In this document: positions 28,234 through 37,697 of the stretch, one piece after another | How the letters are laid out: each line of letters opens with the position of its first letter | How positions within the stretch are numbered: the stretch's first letter is position 1 | From: Candidatus Hadarchaeota archaeon | GTDB lineage: Archaea > Hadarchaeota > Hadarchaeia > Hadarchaeales > JAWBSP01 | Direction of reading: 5' to 3' | Length of the DNA stretch: 64,000 bases | Assembly (NCBI GenBank): GCA_964474885.1 | Contig: CAYYWO010000003.1 | Location: 64,001-128,000, forward strand | Notes under the pieces: model-generated | What the model was told of the DNA's origin: nothing | The model's input: only the letters and a program-made list of their open reading frames with translations | Databases searched by the model: none | Translations under genes and position numbers: made by a program

Positions 28234-29883
28234 ATGAAAAAATCTAAACTTAAGTCCAAACTCAAATCGGAGCAGCTCAGTTTGCTGAAGATTGAGGAAA
28301 GGGATGAAGAACTGGAGCAGCTCAGGAGTTATAGTGATAAAATAATGGGTGAGAGCATTCACCTCTCTCCCTCTCCAACCACCTACGATCCGATCAGATT
28401 CGGCCCCCTCGTCTCTTTCCGCTTGCCAGAAGGGTACACAGAAGTCGAGAGGTATTGGCTGGATCCTCCTTTCGCCTTCGTGGTGGTTCTTGAAGACAAG
28501 GGTACAGGCAAAACAACTTATCATATAGTCGAACCAGAGCTAACACCATTCGAGCGCGCACTCTTGGACAAAATAAAGGATGAATTGTACGATAGATTGC
28601 CCTATGAGGGTTCTAGAGAACCGGAAAAAGTGTTTGAGAGAGCCTACGCGGAAGTTGCTAGAGCTCTAGGAGTGAAGGATTGGCGCATGTACCACAAGCT
28701 GTTGTACTTCCTGAAAAGAGAAACACTCGGGTTCGGCAAGCTGGATCCAATTTTTAAAGACAGGAATGTCGAGGATATTTCATGTGATGCTCCTGGTGTG
28801 CCAGTTTTTCTTTACCACAGGAAGTACTACAACATAGAAACTAATCTCATCTTCGATCGGGAGGAACTAGATACCTATGTGATGAGACTCGTTGAAAGGA
28901 GCGGAAAGCATGTTTCACTAGCCAGGCCAGTTGTGGATGCTACACTCCCAGGAGGTCATCGTCTTGAGGCAACCTTTGCAACTGAGGTGACGAGCAAGGG
29001 AAGTTCTATGTCCATTCGAAAATTCATGGGCGGCACTTTTACTCCAGTTGACTTGATAAGATTCGGAACTTTCAGTCCATCTATGCTCGCCTACCTCTGG
29101 ATAGCAGCGGAGAATAGAAAAAGCATAATGGTTATTGGGGGCACAGCTGCGGGGAAGACCTCCACCCTGAACGCCCTCGCCTTCTTCATACCACCGGACG
29201 CCAAGATAGTGACGATAGAGGATACACGTGAGCTCTCCTTGTACCAACAGAATTGGATCCCTATGGTGACTAGGGAGGCTCCAGGGGAGGCGATGAAGAT
29301 AGACATGTATGAGTTGCTCAGGCAGGCTCTCAGGCAGAGACCAGAGTGTTTGATTGTAGGAGAAGTGAGGGGAAGGGAAGCGATGACAATGTTTCAAGCT
29401 CTCTCAACTGGACATACCGCATACTGTACATTGCATGCCGGAAACGTTCAGGAGGCAATTTTGAGACTGGAGAGCGATCCGATGAACGTTCCACACACCA
29501 TGATATCTGCGCTGGATATAATATGTGTTCAAACGATTGCCTATTTGGGAAAGAAAAGAGTCAGGAGAAATCAGCTTATCGCAGAAATCGTGGGGGTCAC
29601 CCCACAAACTAAGGAGGTCAAACTTGTGGAGCTGTTCAGTTGGGATCCGTCAACTGACTCCTTTAAGGAATTGGCTGAACCCCCAAGTTGGAAGGAGATA
29701 TGCAAGATGAGAAACATAGACAGGCTGGATCTCGAGAAGGAATATGAGAGGAGGGCGGAGTTTTTGGCAACAATGGCGGAGAAGGGCGTGACCGATTACG
29801 ATGATGTATCGAGGCTGATAAACCTTTACTATTTCAATCCGGAGAAGGCATTTGCCGAGTTGAGGGCATTTAAGAAACGGTAA
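28234..29883 (+). CDS. Type II/IV secretion (pilus assembly) ATPase, VirB11/ArlI-like
   Basis: GGTAAGKTS, TIEDTREL, LRQRP, VGEVRG and GH...T.HA. Confidence 0.93.
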   Translation: MKKSKLKSKLKSEQLSLLKIEERDEELEQLRSYSDKIMGESIHLSPSPTTYDPIRFGPLVSFRLPEGYTEVERYWLDPPFAFVVVLEDKGTGKTTYHIVEPELTPFERALLDKIKDELYDRLPYEGSREPEKVFERAYAEVARALGVKDWRMYHKLLYFLKRETLGFGKLDPIFKDRNVEDISCDAPGVPVFLYHRKYYNIETNLIFDREELDTYVMRLVERSGKHVSLARPVVDATLPGGHRLEATFATEVTSKGSSMSIRKFMGGTFTPVDLIRFGTFSPSMLAYLWIAAENRKSIMVIGGTAAGKTSTLNALAFFIPPDAKIVTIEDTRELSLYQQNWIPMVTREAPGEAMKIDMYELLRQALRQRPECLIVGEVRGREAMTMFQALSTGHTAYCTLHAGNVQEAILRLESDPMNVPHTMISALDIICVQTIAYLGKKRVRRNQLIAEIVGVTPQTKEVKLVELFSWDPSTDSFKELAEPPSWKEICKMRNIDRLDLEKEYERRAEFLATMAEKGVTDYDDVSRLINLYYFNPEKAFAELRAFKKR

Positions 29884-31643
29884 TGAGGTTGATCAATCCG
29901 GAAAAATATTCTGACCTCCGCTTAACACTCAGGAAACTGAGGAAACCTCTCTCCCTGAATGAGTATCTGAACCAGAGCTTATTGCTGGCTTTAGTTGTGG
30001 GAATAGTTGTGGCAGCTGCTCTCTTTTTGTTCTCCTTTCTATTACACTTGCCTTCTCTCTTCATGTATCTGCCTTTCTTCTTGGCTCCGCTGAGCTCTTA
30101 CTTGGTTTGGAGGATCATGCTGTGGTATCCCTGGAGCGCCGTAAAGGGTAGGGAAGTTAAGATAGATCTCATGCTTCCCTCAGCTGTTTCTTTCATGTAT
30201 GCTCTCAGCAAGGGGGGGTTAACGGTAGCCGAGATTTTCCGGATGTTGAGTCAAGAGAGGGAAGACTATGGGGAAGTAGCGGTTGAGGCGGCTAGTTTCG
30301 TCCGAGAACTGGATTATCTTGGATATGATCCTGTTACCGCCCTAAGGAACCTAGCTTCCACGACTCCCTCTCAGAAATTCAGGAGGCTAATAGAATTCCT
30401 CATCCCGGTGGTCCAGACGGGGGCAAATCTAGCAGATTATTTTGCCCAGAAATGCAAAGAGCTATACGAGGCTGCCGAGGTCGATCAAAAAAGGTACTTG
30501 GACACCTTGGCATTCTATGCAGAATTCTATGTCATCCTGATGCTCTTTGCCCCATTGGTTCTGATCGTGACCCTGATGGCAGTCATGGCTTTTTATGGAG
30601 CCTCTATGATGATACTCTATATCTTGGGATATCTGCTCATCCCGCTCGGTTCAATCTTCTTTATAGTTCTCCTTAGCATGAAAGGCTTCGGAGTTATAGG
30701 TAGTAGGAAAGTTGAGCGCAAGAAATACTTCCGTAAAGTGCGCCCCCGCAATCAGATTGAGAAGAGCATGCTTAGGAGGCTGCTTCCAGCTGAGACAATG
30801 CCGGAAATCTTACTTCACCCAATGAGAGTTTTCAAAACACAACCGCACCAGGTTATGTTTTTCAGCGGAGGTGCAGCTTCTCTCTTTTTGTTTTCTTTCT
30901 TCCCCCATATCAACTTGACTACACTATTCTATGCGTTTCTGATCCTCGTGGTACCTTTTATTATTTTCCATGAGATCTGGAGCAGGAAGTTGAGCCAACT
31001 GGTGGAATACCTGCCAGAGTTTCTTCATTCTTTTGCGAGTGCAGCCTCCGCTGGTGTCCCCCCAGCTCATGCCATAAAGCTGGTGCCCGCAAGGGAACTA
31101 GGCCCCCTGAGAGAGGATGTACAGAGGATGGTGAAATACATTAATTGGGGGGACTCCTCAGTTGAAGCAGTTCACAAAGTGGAGAGAGAGTGCGGAAACA
31201 ATTATCTCTCAAGGACGATGGCAGTAGTGAGAAGGGCATGCTTAGCAAAAGGTGAAATCGCTGATGTCCTCCAGGTTCTCGCAACCGACGCCACTCAGCT
31301 GAGAGCTTTGAAGAGGGAAAGATGGGCAGCGATGTTTTCATATGCGCTCATAGTCTACATTTCTTTTGCGGTCTTTCTTTTCTGCATGGTCATGCTGACG
31401 CGTTTTCAATCTCTAGGCCAATTAGCTACAACTACTCCAACCACAACAAAACTCGGCATGACGGCCCCAGTTTACCAGGTCAAAACGACAACCCCATCTG
31501 TTGTGTGGCATGCAACAATGCTGCAGGCATTTTTTTCTGGCTTGATAGCGGGGCAGTTCTCAACTGGTAGATTGTTCTCGGGGTTGAAGCACTCAGTTAT
31601 AATGATGACGGTAGCATTTGTTGTTTTGAACTTTTTTGCCTAG
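29883..31643 (+). CDS. Pilus platform membrane protein (TadC/ArlJ-like, two T2SSF domains)
   Basis: Two cytoplasmic LP.F domains alternate with TM bundles; C-terminal FSGLIAG..G.KH; coupled to the ATPase gene. Confidence 0.88.
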   Translation: MRLINPEKYSDLRLTLRKLRKPLSLNEYLNQSLLLALVVGIVVAAALFLFSFLLHLPSLFMYLPFFLAPLSSYLVWRIMLWYPWSAVKGREVKIDLMLPSAVSFMYALSKGGLTVAEIFRMLSQEREDYGEVAVEAASFVRELDYLGYDPVTALRNLASTTPSQKFRRLIEFLIPVVQTGANLADYFAQKCKELYEAAEVDQKRYLDTLAFYAEFYVILMLFAPLVLIVTLMAVMAFYGASMMILYILGYLLIPLGSIFFIVLLSMKGFGVIGSRKVERKKYFRKVRPRNQIEKSMLRRLLPAETMPEILLHPMRVFKTQPHQVMFFSGGAASLFLFSFFPHINLTTLFYAFLILVVPFIIFHEIWSRKLSQLVEYLPEFLHSFASAASAGVPPAHAIKLVPARELGPLREDVQRMVKYINWGDSSVEAVHKVERECGNNYLSRTMAVVRRACLAKGEIADVLQVLATDATQLRALKRERWAAMFSYALIVYISFAVFLFCMVMLTRFQSLGQLATTTPTTTKLGMTAPVYQVKTTTPSVVWHATMLQAFFSGLIAGQFSTGRLFSGLKHSVIMMTVAFVVLNFFA

Positions 31644-32870
31644 TCAGGTGGGAATTTCCCCAGGAGCGGCTCTCCTCCGGAGAAGCACTATGAGCACAAC
31701 GATCACAACGACCAACACGACCGCAACGAGCACCATGTTGGTGCCAGCGGGCAGGGCGGTGGGTTGAGAAGGTGTCTTTACTTCCTTCCCGAAGATGTAG
31801 ACTTTGTGCTCCTTGTCTGACCTAGAGGTGCAGGCTATCATATAGTCCCCCCCATCTGACATGTCTATACTTTCCACGTTCCCCTCAATACCAGTGACCA
31901 AGGTAGACTTCCATTTCAAACTCTGCCCTTCGAGGTAGTAAACAGTAGCCATGTCAGCTGCGAAAACTTTAGTACCATCTGAGCTTATGGCTACCGAAGA
32001 AGCGGGGGAGGTGCTCTCCATGAGTAAGGTACTCGTCCCATCCCGCTTGTAAAGAATGAACTTCGCTGTTTCGCTTCCGGCAGCAGCGACCGCGCTGTTA
32101 CCATCAGGTGTCACATCAACTCCGAATACGCAAACACCAGGATTCCACTCTCTTACCACGCTTCCATTATCTGTCAGCATTAGCACCTTTCCATCTCGGG
32201 TCCCCGCAACTATCGTACTTCCATCGGCAGAGATAGCGACGCAGGTAGTGTATCCTTCCTTTACAAAGCGGAGGCCGCTATCATCGAAAATGTATAAACC
32301 ATTGTCTGTGGCAGCTGCCGAAATCCGACCGTTTCTCGACAGAGCCACGGCAATTACAATGTATCCATATTTGCCCCTCCATAGGGGGGTTCCATCCTCC
32401 GAGAAAAGTGTAACGTGACCATCAGATGAGCCAGCGATCACTCTTTTGCCATCACCCGAAATGGCCACAGCTCTAGCGTAAGGAGATATTTTCTCGACCT
32501 GATACTCCCACGACAGGGTTGCTTGTCCCGTTTGCTCCAAGGTGTTTGAGTAGCATCTTACCCACCCATCATTACATCCAGCTACGAAGGCCGAACCATC
32601 GGCAGAGATAGCCACGGAATTGACATAGGAGTAGCCACTGTATTTGTACTCCCATGCTTTGGAAACTTTATTCCCCATAAGCTTGAACACCCAAATCTTC
32701 ATCAAATCACCTCCCGCTACGAACCACTTTCCATCGGCGGACACTGATACCGAGTTTACCCAGTCACCACCTTCGTACTTAAAAATAGGTGAAGATTCGG
32801 TTTGGGCTAATGCTGCCAAGATGAGAGCTAGGCATGCAAGAACGCTGACAGTTCTTGCATCCTTCTTCAT
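31644..32870 (-). CDS. Exported WD40/PQQ-like beta-propeller protein with C-terminal membrane anchor
   Basis: Signal peptide, repeated V.SVAISADG...AG blades, and a C-terminal TM helix followed by RRR. Confidence 0.85.
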   Translation of the reverse strand: MKKDARTVSVLACLALILAALAQTESSPIFKYEGGDWVNSVSVSADGKWFVAGGDLMKIWVFKLMGNKVSKAWEYKYSGYSYVNSVAISADGSAFVAGCNDGWVRCYSNTLEQTGQATLSWEYQVEKISPYARAVAISGDGKRVIAGSSDGHVTLFSEDGTPLWRGKYGYIVIAVALSRNGRISAAATDNGLYIFDDSGLRFVKEGYTTCVAISADGSTIVAGTRDGKVLMLTDNGSVVREWNPGVCVFGVDVTPDGNSAVAAAGSETAKFILYKRDGTSTLLMESTSPASSVAISSDGTKVFAADMATVYYLEGQSLKWKSTLVTGIEGNVESIDMSDGGDYMIACTSRSDKEHKVYIFGKEVKTPSQPTALPAGTNMVLVAVVLVVVIVVLIVLLRRRAAPGEIPT

Positions 32871-33298
32871 ATTATTCCCCATTTGGGTCTTCCCTTGTAG
32901 GTTAGTGAAAGGTAAGCGCCCACTATTAAGAGGAAAGCTCCAGCGGCATATAACACCAATGCGGCCCCCACTCCGCCGACGGCGCTCAGGATCATCAGTC
33001 CACCTCCTCTTTTTGGTTCATCCAGGACTACAACGGCCCCCACCAAGCCTATTAGTGCGAACGCCGCACCGATTGCTGGGAGGAAAATATTTTTAGGTGT
33101 AATCAGTGCGGTATAGGTCGCATATTCTTCGGGGAACAAACCAGCTTGGCCGAGGAAGAAGGTTGCATAGCCTGCTAATGATCCAATCAAGCCCATTAGT
33201 CCACCCAACAGACCTATGATGCAAGCAGCGATGGCACGCCGAGATAGTGAAGGCCTTGGACCTTCCGGAGAGGGTGTGGAGCTTGGCTTTACATCCAT
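32867..33298 (-). CDS. Hypothetical Gly-rich membrane protein
   Basis: Three to four hydrophobic segments; stop overlaps the downstream start. Confidence 0.7.
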   Translation of the reverse strand: MDVKPSSTPSPEGPRPSLSRRAIAACIIGLLGGLMGLIGSLAGYATFFLGQAGLFPEEYATYTALITPKNIFLPAIGAAFALIGLVGAVVVLDEPKRGGGLMILSAVGGVGAALVLYAAGAFLLIVGAYLSLTYKGRPKWGII

Positions 33299-33327
33299 CC
33301 GTATATCAACAAAGGGTTTAAAAAGCG

Positions 33328-33879
33328 ATGCGGACGAAAAATCTCTTTTTAACCGGTAGGCCTGGCTCGGGGAAAAGCAGCATAATCCAGAAGATCGTTG
33401 ATGTGGTCTCCTCTCAGGGTCTAGATATTTGTGGTGTACTATGTCCAGAGATCCGAATAGGAGGAAAAAGAGTCGGTTTTAAAATAATAGAGCTCCGGAC
33501 TCGTCAAGAGGACATTTTGGCCCATGTAGAGTTAACGAATGGACCTCGCGTTGGGAAGTATAGGGTCAATTTGGTTGGAGTCGAGAAAATCGTGAGGGGG
33601 GCAATGAGTCTGATTGATGGCTCGGATATCATCGTTATAGATGAGGTGGGTCCAATGGAGGTGACCAGTCAAGCCTTCAGAGCCTTCGTTCTAAAGAGCC
33701 TCGATAGTACGAAACCCGTTCTGGGGGCAATCCACATGAGGACCCAAAGCGGTTTCATTGGAGGTATAAAAAGAAGATCGGATGTCCTGCTTCTGCATGT
33801 ACAGCCCGAAAAGAGAGAGGAAATGTTTCAACGAGTTCTAGACATTGTTAAAGACATGCTAGACATTAAGGTAAGATGA
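33328..33879 (+). CDS. NTPase (THEP1 family)
   Basis: TGRPGSGKS, GKYRV and IDEVGPME. Confidence 0.9.
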   Translation: MRTKNLFLTGRPGSGKSSIIQKIVDVVSSQGLDICGVLCPEIRIGGKRVGFKIIELRTRQEDILAHVELTNGPRVGKYRVNLVGVEKIVRGAMSLIDGSDIIVIDEVGPMEVTSQAFRAFVLKSLDSTKPVLGAIHMRTQSGFIGGIKRRSDVLLLHVQPEKREEMFQRVLDIVKDMLDIKVR

Positions 33880-34154
33880 AGATACCTTCAAAAATCAGAA
33901 CTTACTGTCCCTATTGCGGCGCACACACCGAGCATGAAGTCTCGGTCCAAAAGAAAAGACCTGCGAGGAGCTTAAGTTGGGGCCAGAGGCAGTTTGCTAG
34001 AATAATGAAAGGTTATGGGAGCCAGCCACGTTCGGAGCAGCGACACTTCGCGAAAATAAGTAAGAAGGTATCACTCGTTCTCAGGTGCACCAAATGTAAG
34101 AAGGCTCACCAGAAGGTTGGTTTTAGGGCAAAGAAGTACGAAATCAAAGGGTAA
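33876..34154 (+). CDS. rpl44e: 50S ribosomal protein eL42 (L44e)
   Basis: TYCPYC..HTEH, GYGSQP and CTKC. Confidence 0.95.
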   Translation: MKIPSKIRTYCPYCGAHTEHEVSVQKKRPARSLSWGQRQFARIMKGYGSQPRSEQRHFAKISKKVSLVLRCTKCKKAHQKVGFRAKKYEIKG

Positions 34155-34312
34155 TGCCGGGTAGATTCATCGTTGTTAAGTGTGAATGTGGTCACCAACA
34201 GGTGGTCTTCAGCCATGCTTCCATTCCCGTGAAGTGTCTGAAATGTGGGAAGACCATTGCCGTACCCACTGGGGGGAAAGCCCAGATCCTAGGTAAGGTG
34301 ATAGCGTGGTGA
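34154..34312 (+). CDS. rps27e: 30S ribosomal protein eS27 (absent from ORF track, 52 aa)
   Basis: Manual translation MPGRFIVVKCECGHQQVVFSHASIPVKCLKCGKTIAVPTGGKA; conserved gene order. Confidence 0.93.
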   Translation: MPGRFIVVKCECGHQQVVFSHASIPVKCLKCGKTIAVPTGGKAQILGKVIAW

Positions 34313-35091
34313 GGAAGGAGGCGGAGTACCCATCGGTGAACGAGCTAGTCGTTTGTACTGTGATTCAGGTTTTTGATGAAGGGGCCTTCGTGAGTTTGGA
34401 CGAGTACGGTGGGAAAAGGGGGATGATACACTTGAGAGAAGTCGCCTCAGGTTGGATAAAGAATATCAGGGATCATATAAGGGAAAATCAGAAAGTAGTT
34501 TGCAGGGTGATCTCAGTCGACCCTAACAGGCGAATCATAGACCTTTCAATTCGTCGAGTGGCAGAAAGCGAAAAGAAGCATAAGTTGAAGGAGTTCGAGA
34601 TCGAAAATAGGGCGGAGAAATTACTTTTGCTAGCGGCAAAAAAACTCAGGAAAAACCTAGACAAGGCTTATCGTGAGGCAGGCTTTCCTCTCATGAGAAA
34701 GTACGGATCCCTATCTCAAGCTTTTGAACAGATCGCGCAGAAGGGTGAGGAGGCCTTGAAAGGCTTATCTCTATCAAGAGGGTGGGTTCGCTCATTGCTC
34801 TCAGTTTCTAGGGGTTTGGTGAGGCCCTCAGTTTATCAAGTGAAAGGATACCTCATCCTAACCTGCGACAAACCGAACGGAGTCGAGGTGCTGAAAAACG
34901 CGATGTTGGAGGCAAAGCGAAAGGTTGGAGAAAAAGTTGAGTTTTATCTTGAAGGCTCACCACGGTACAGGATAGTCGCGAGAGGAGACTCATATAAAGA
35001 GGCGGAGGAGATCCTGCAGGAGGCATCAAATGCTGTTTTAGCTTTTGTCAAATCGGCCGGCGGAGAAGGGGAATTCAGGAGGGAAAAATGA
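34306..35091 (+). CDS. eif2a: Translation initiation factor aIF2 alpha
   Basis: S1 domain (LDEYG, EVASGWIKNIRD, IDLS) and C-terminal PRYRI. Confidence 0.95.
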   Translation: MVRKEAEYPSVNELVVCTVIQVFDEGAFVSLDEYGGKRGMIHLREVASGWIKNIRDHIRENQKVVCRVISVDPNRRIIDLSIRRVAESEKKHKLKEFEIENRAEKLLLLAAKKLRKNLDKAYREAGFPLMRKYGSLSQAFEQIAQKGEEALKGLSLSRGWVRSLLSVSRGLVRPSVYQVKGYLILTCDKPNGVEVLKNAMLEAKRKVGEKVEFYLEGSPRYRIVARGDSYKEAEEILQEASNAVLAFVKSAGGEGEFRREK

Positions 35092-35264
35092 GACTCAAGA
35101 GATGTCGAGCATGTGGGAGATACACCATGAGGGAGATATGCCCCTCATGTGGTAGCAAGACGGGCTCACCACACCCACCTAAGTTTTCTCCTGAGGACAG
35201 ATATGGTAAGTATCGTAGGCTTATGAGACTGGAAGCTCAGAAAAATGATGGATTCAAAAGTTAG
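35088..35264 (+). CDS. nop10: H/ACA RNP protein Nop10 (absent from ORF track, 58 aa)
   Basis: Manual translation MRLKRCRACGRYTMREICPSCG..HPPKFSPEDRYGKYRR. Confidence 0.93.
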   Translation: MRLKRCRACGRYTMREICPSCGSKTGSPHPPKFSPEDRYGKYRRLMRLEAQKNDGFKS

Positions 35265-35985
35265 GTTCCTGTTCAAACCCCAGCTGAAAAATCCGGTCCT
35301 GATAGCTGGTTTGCCAGGTGTGGGTCAGATCGGAAAACTTGCTTCTGACTTCCTTATTCAACAGCTATCCGCAAAAAAATTTGCCGAGCAACTGTCGCCA
35401 TACTTTCCCCACTATGCAACTCTGGATCGTTCAGGTATGCTCAGACCCACGTGCCATGAGTTCTTCTATGCCAATCACTCTAGGCGAGATCTCATAATCC
35501 TAACCGGTGAATATCCATTGACGAGCTGTGAGGGCCACTACAAGGTGGCAATCGAAATCTTGAACGCAATGGAGAAGGTAGGAGTAAGGGAAATTTACAC
35601 AATAGGCGGTTATATTCCTACTTCGGGGAAAGAAAAGGGGGAGGTTGTGATCATGCCGAACACCGAAGTCCTTTCTCGGTTGAGTTCAGGAATCGAGGTA
35701 GAAGTAGGCCCTGTGATCGGCTTGACGGGATTGCTTGTTTCTCTAGCTGGGTTAAGAGGGATCAAGGGGGCGATCCTCTTAGCGGAGGCTGGCGACCCGC
35801 TTGTAGATAGCCGATCAGCCAAGAAGGTTTTACAGACTCTCTGTGGCATTCTCGATCTCAAGCTGAACTTGTCAGATTTGGATCGGCAAGCTGAAGTGCT
35901 GAGAGAGTGGGTCGAGAGGTTAAAGAAAGAGATCAGGAAGAGGGAGGCACCACCGGCGAAGGAAGAAACTTGGTATATATCCTAA
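35245..35985 (+). CDS. PAC2 family proteasome-assembly chaperone homologue
   Basis: LIAGLPGVGQIGKL, TIGGY and I.GL.GLL; usual position after nop10. Confidence 0.88.
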   Translation: MMDSKVRFLFKPQLKNPVLIAGLPGVGQIGKLASDFLIQQLSAKKFAEQLSPYFPHYATLDRSGMLRPTCHEFFYANHSRRDLIILTGEYPLTSCEGHYKVAIEILNAMEKVGVREIYTIGGYIPTSGKEKGEVVIMPNTEVLSRLSSGIEVEVGPVIGLTGLLVSLAGLRGIKGAILLAEAGDPLVDSRSAKKVLQTLCGILDLKLNLSDLDRQAEVLREWVERLKKEIRKREAPPAKEETWYIS

Positions 35986-37295
35986 GGGACGAGCCTGTGC
36001 CGATCTCGGGGGAAGAGGACGCACTCCCGGATGTTCTGTTCCCCCGTGAGAACCATCAAAAACCGATCGAGTCCAAGACCCCATCCCGCATGAGGAGGGA
36101 TCAGTCCCCACCTGAAGTGCCTCAAATGGGGCTCGAAGTTCTCGGGATTGAGTCCGTTCTCCTCTAGCCTGCGCTCGAGGAGCTGAGGATCGTGTATTCT
36201 GGTGCCCCCCGACGCCAACTCGAGGTCTTTCCACATTAGATCGAAGGTTTCCGTGACTCTCTCGTCGTGCTTGCATGGCATGGCGTAGAAGGGCTTCGTT
36301 TTCGTGGGCCATTCGGTAATGAAGTAAAACCCCCTATCCTCTCCGAGCGCTTTCTCGGCAGGGGTTGGGAGATCTTCCCCCCACTCGATCCGGATTCCTT
36401 TCTTCTCCAAGATCTGTAGGACTTCGGTGTATGAGTATCGCGGAAACGGAGCTTCAGGAACCTCAAGCTTTCTCCCCAGCACCTCAAGTTCTTTTTCCGC
36501 AAGCTCTTTTGTTTTCTTCAAGGTGAAAATGATGAGTTCTTCTAGGACTCGCATGACGTCATCGCAGTTCGAGAAGGCCATTTCAATATCCACGGATGTG
36601 CACTCGTTCAAGTGTTTGTTAGTATTGAACTCCTCAGCCCTGAAAATGGGTCCTATTTCGTAAACTTTCTCAAAGCATCCCGTCAGTATTTCTTTGAATA
36701 GTTGAGGACTCTGGCTGAGAAAAGCTTCTTTTTCGAAGTAGGCTACGGGAAAGAGTGCAGATCCGCTCTCAGTTGCGGTGGCCACGATTTTTGGTGTTTG
36801 GACTTCCAAGAAGCCTCTTGAGTTCAGAAATTCGCGGATAGCGTTGGTCACAACATGACGGATCTTGAAAATGGCTCTTCTTTTCGGATGCCGCAGATCG
36901 AGAATCCTTGCATTCAACCTAGTATCGAGCGACGACTTGATTCTCCCAGTGGGATCGAGGGGTAAGGGGACGGAGGCTCTGCTGAAGACTTCGATTTCCT
37001 GAGGAATCACCTCCACCCCTCGCGGGGCTTGGGGAGTCCTCTTGACCCTTCCTCTCACCCAAACTGTGCTCTCAGGGGTTATCTGGTCAATTTTGGTGAA
37101 GACTTCAGGAGGAGTCTGGACTCTGGGTGCAGCTATCTGAATTTCTCCATCCCTGTCATAGAGAATGAAGAATTTGATGCCCCCTAAGTCTCTGATGACC
37201 CTGACATATCCTGCTAAACAGACTTCCTGGCCCTCGAGTTCCCCATGTATCTCAGAACACGAGTGAGTTTTAACCCGTCTATCCTTTAACCGCAT
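35982..37295 (-). CDS. aspS: Aspartyl-tRNA synthetase (archaeal, probably non-discriminating)
   Basis: RDLGG OB fold, LSQSPQLFK, FRAE, PPHAGWGLGLDR and FPRD. Confidence 0.95.
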   Translation of the reverse strand: MRLKDRRVKTHSCSEIHGELEGQEVCLAGYVRVIRDLGGIKFFILYDRDGEIQIAAPRVQTPPEVFTKIDQITPESTVWVRGRVKRTPQAPRGVEVIPQEIEVFSRASVPLPLDPTGRIKSSLDTRLNARILDLRHPKRRAIFKIRHVVTNAIREFLNSRGFLEVQTPKIVATATESGSALFPVAYFEKEAFLSQSPQLFKEILTGCFEKVYEIGPIFRAEEFNTNKHLNECTSVDIEMAFSNCDDVMRVLEELIIFTLKKTKELAEKELEVLGRKLEVPEAPFPRYSYTEVLQILEKKGIRIEWGEDLPTPAEKALGEDRGFYFITEWPTKTKPFYAMPCKHDERVTETFDLMWKDLELASGGTRIHDPQLLERRLEENGLNPENFEPHLRHFRWGLIPPHAGWGLGLDRFLMVLTGEQNIRECVLFPRDRHRLVP

Positions 37296-37323
37296 CGATA
37301 GCTACGGGTCCAAAAAGTTAGTC

Positions 37324-37620
37324 TTACTCGCCCTTGGCTAGGGTTATCTCGATGGTGGAGACGTTGACTTTTCTTCCGTCTTCGGTTTGCACAGTCTCCG
37401 TCCCTATGGAGATGTTTTTCACGCTGACGTCTGGCAGGAATCTCTGTCTCACGACTTCGGCCGTATCAACAGCCCTGTTTATTGCCCTACCCCTAGCCTT
37501 TATCGAAACCTCCTTGGCACCCTCGTGGAACTGTGTTATAACCGCCAAGACATAGTTCATCACTGGCTTGGACCCAATAAAGACGGCATTCCCCGCCTGT
37601 GTTTTTTGCTCGGCTGCCAT
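37324..37620 (-). CDS. albA: Chromatin protein Alba
   Basis: [24 protein letters not shown] and VSTIEI; start placed at MAAEQK. Confidence 0.96.
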   Translation of the reverse strand: MAAEQKTQAGNAVFIGSKPVMNYVLAVITQFHEGAKEVSIKARGRAINRAVDTAEVVRQRFLPDVSVKNISIGTETVQTEDGRKVNVSTIEITLAKGE

Positions 37621-37697
37621 TATTACCCTCAAGGGTTCCTTTAAATACCCGTATCCCACCGAAAAAGCTAAAAAAGGGGTTGAGCTCTTTGGACTTG

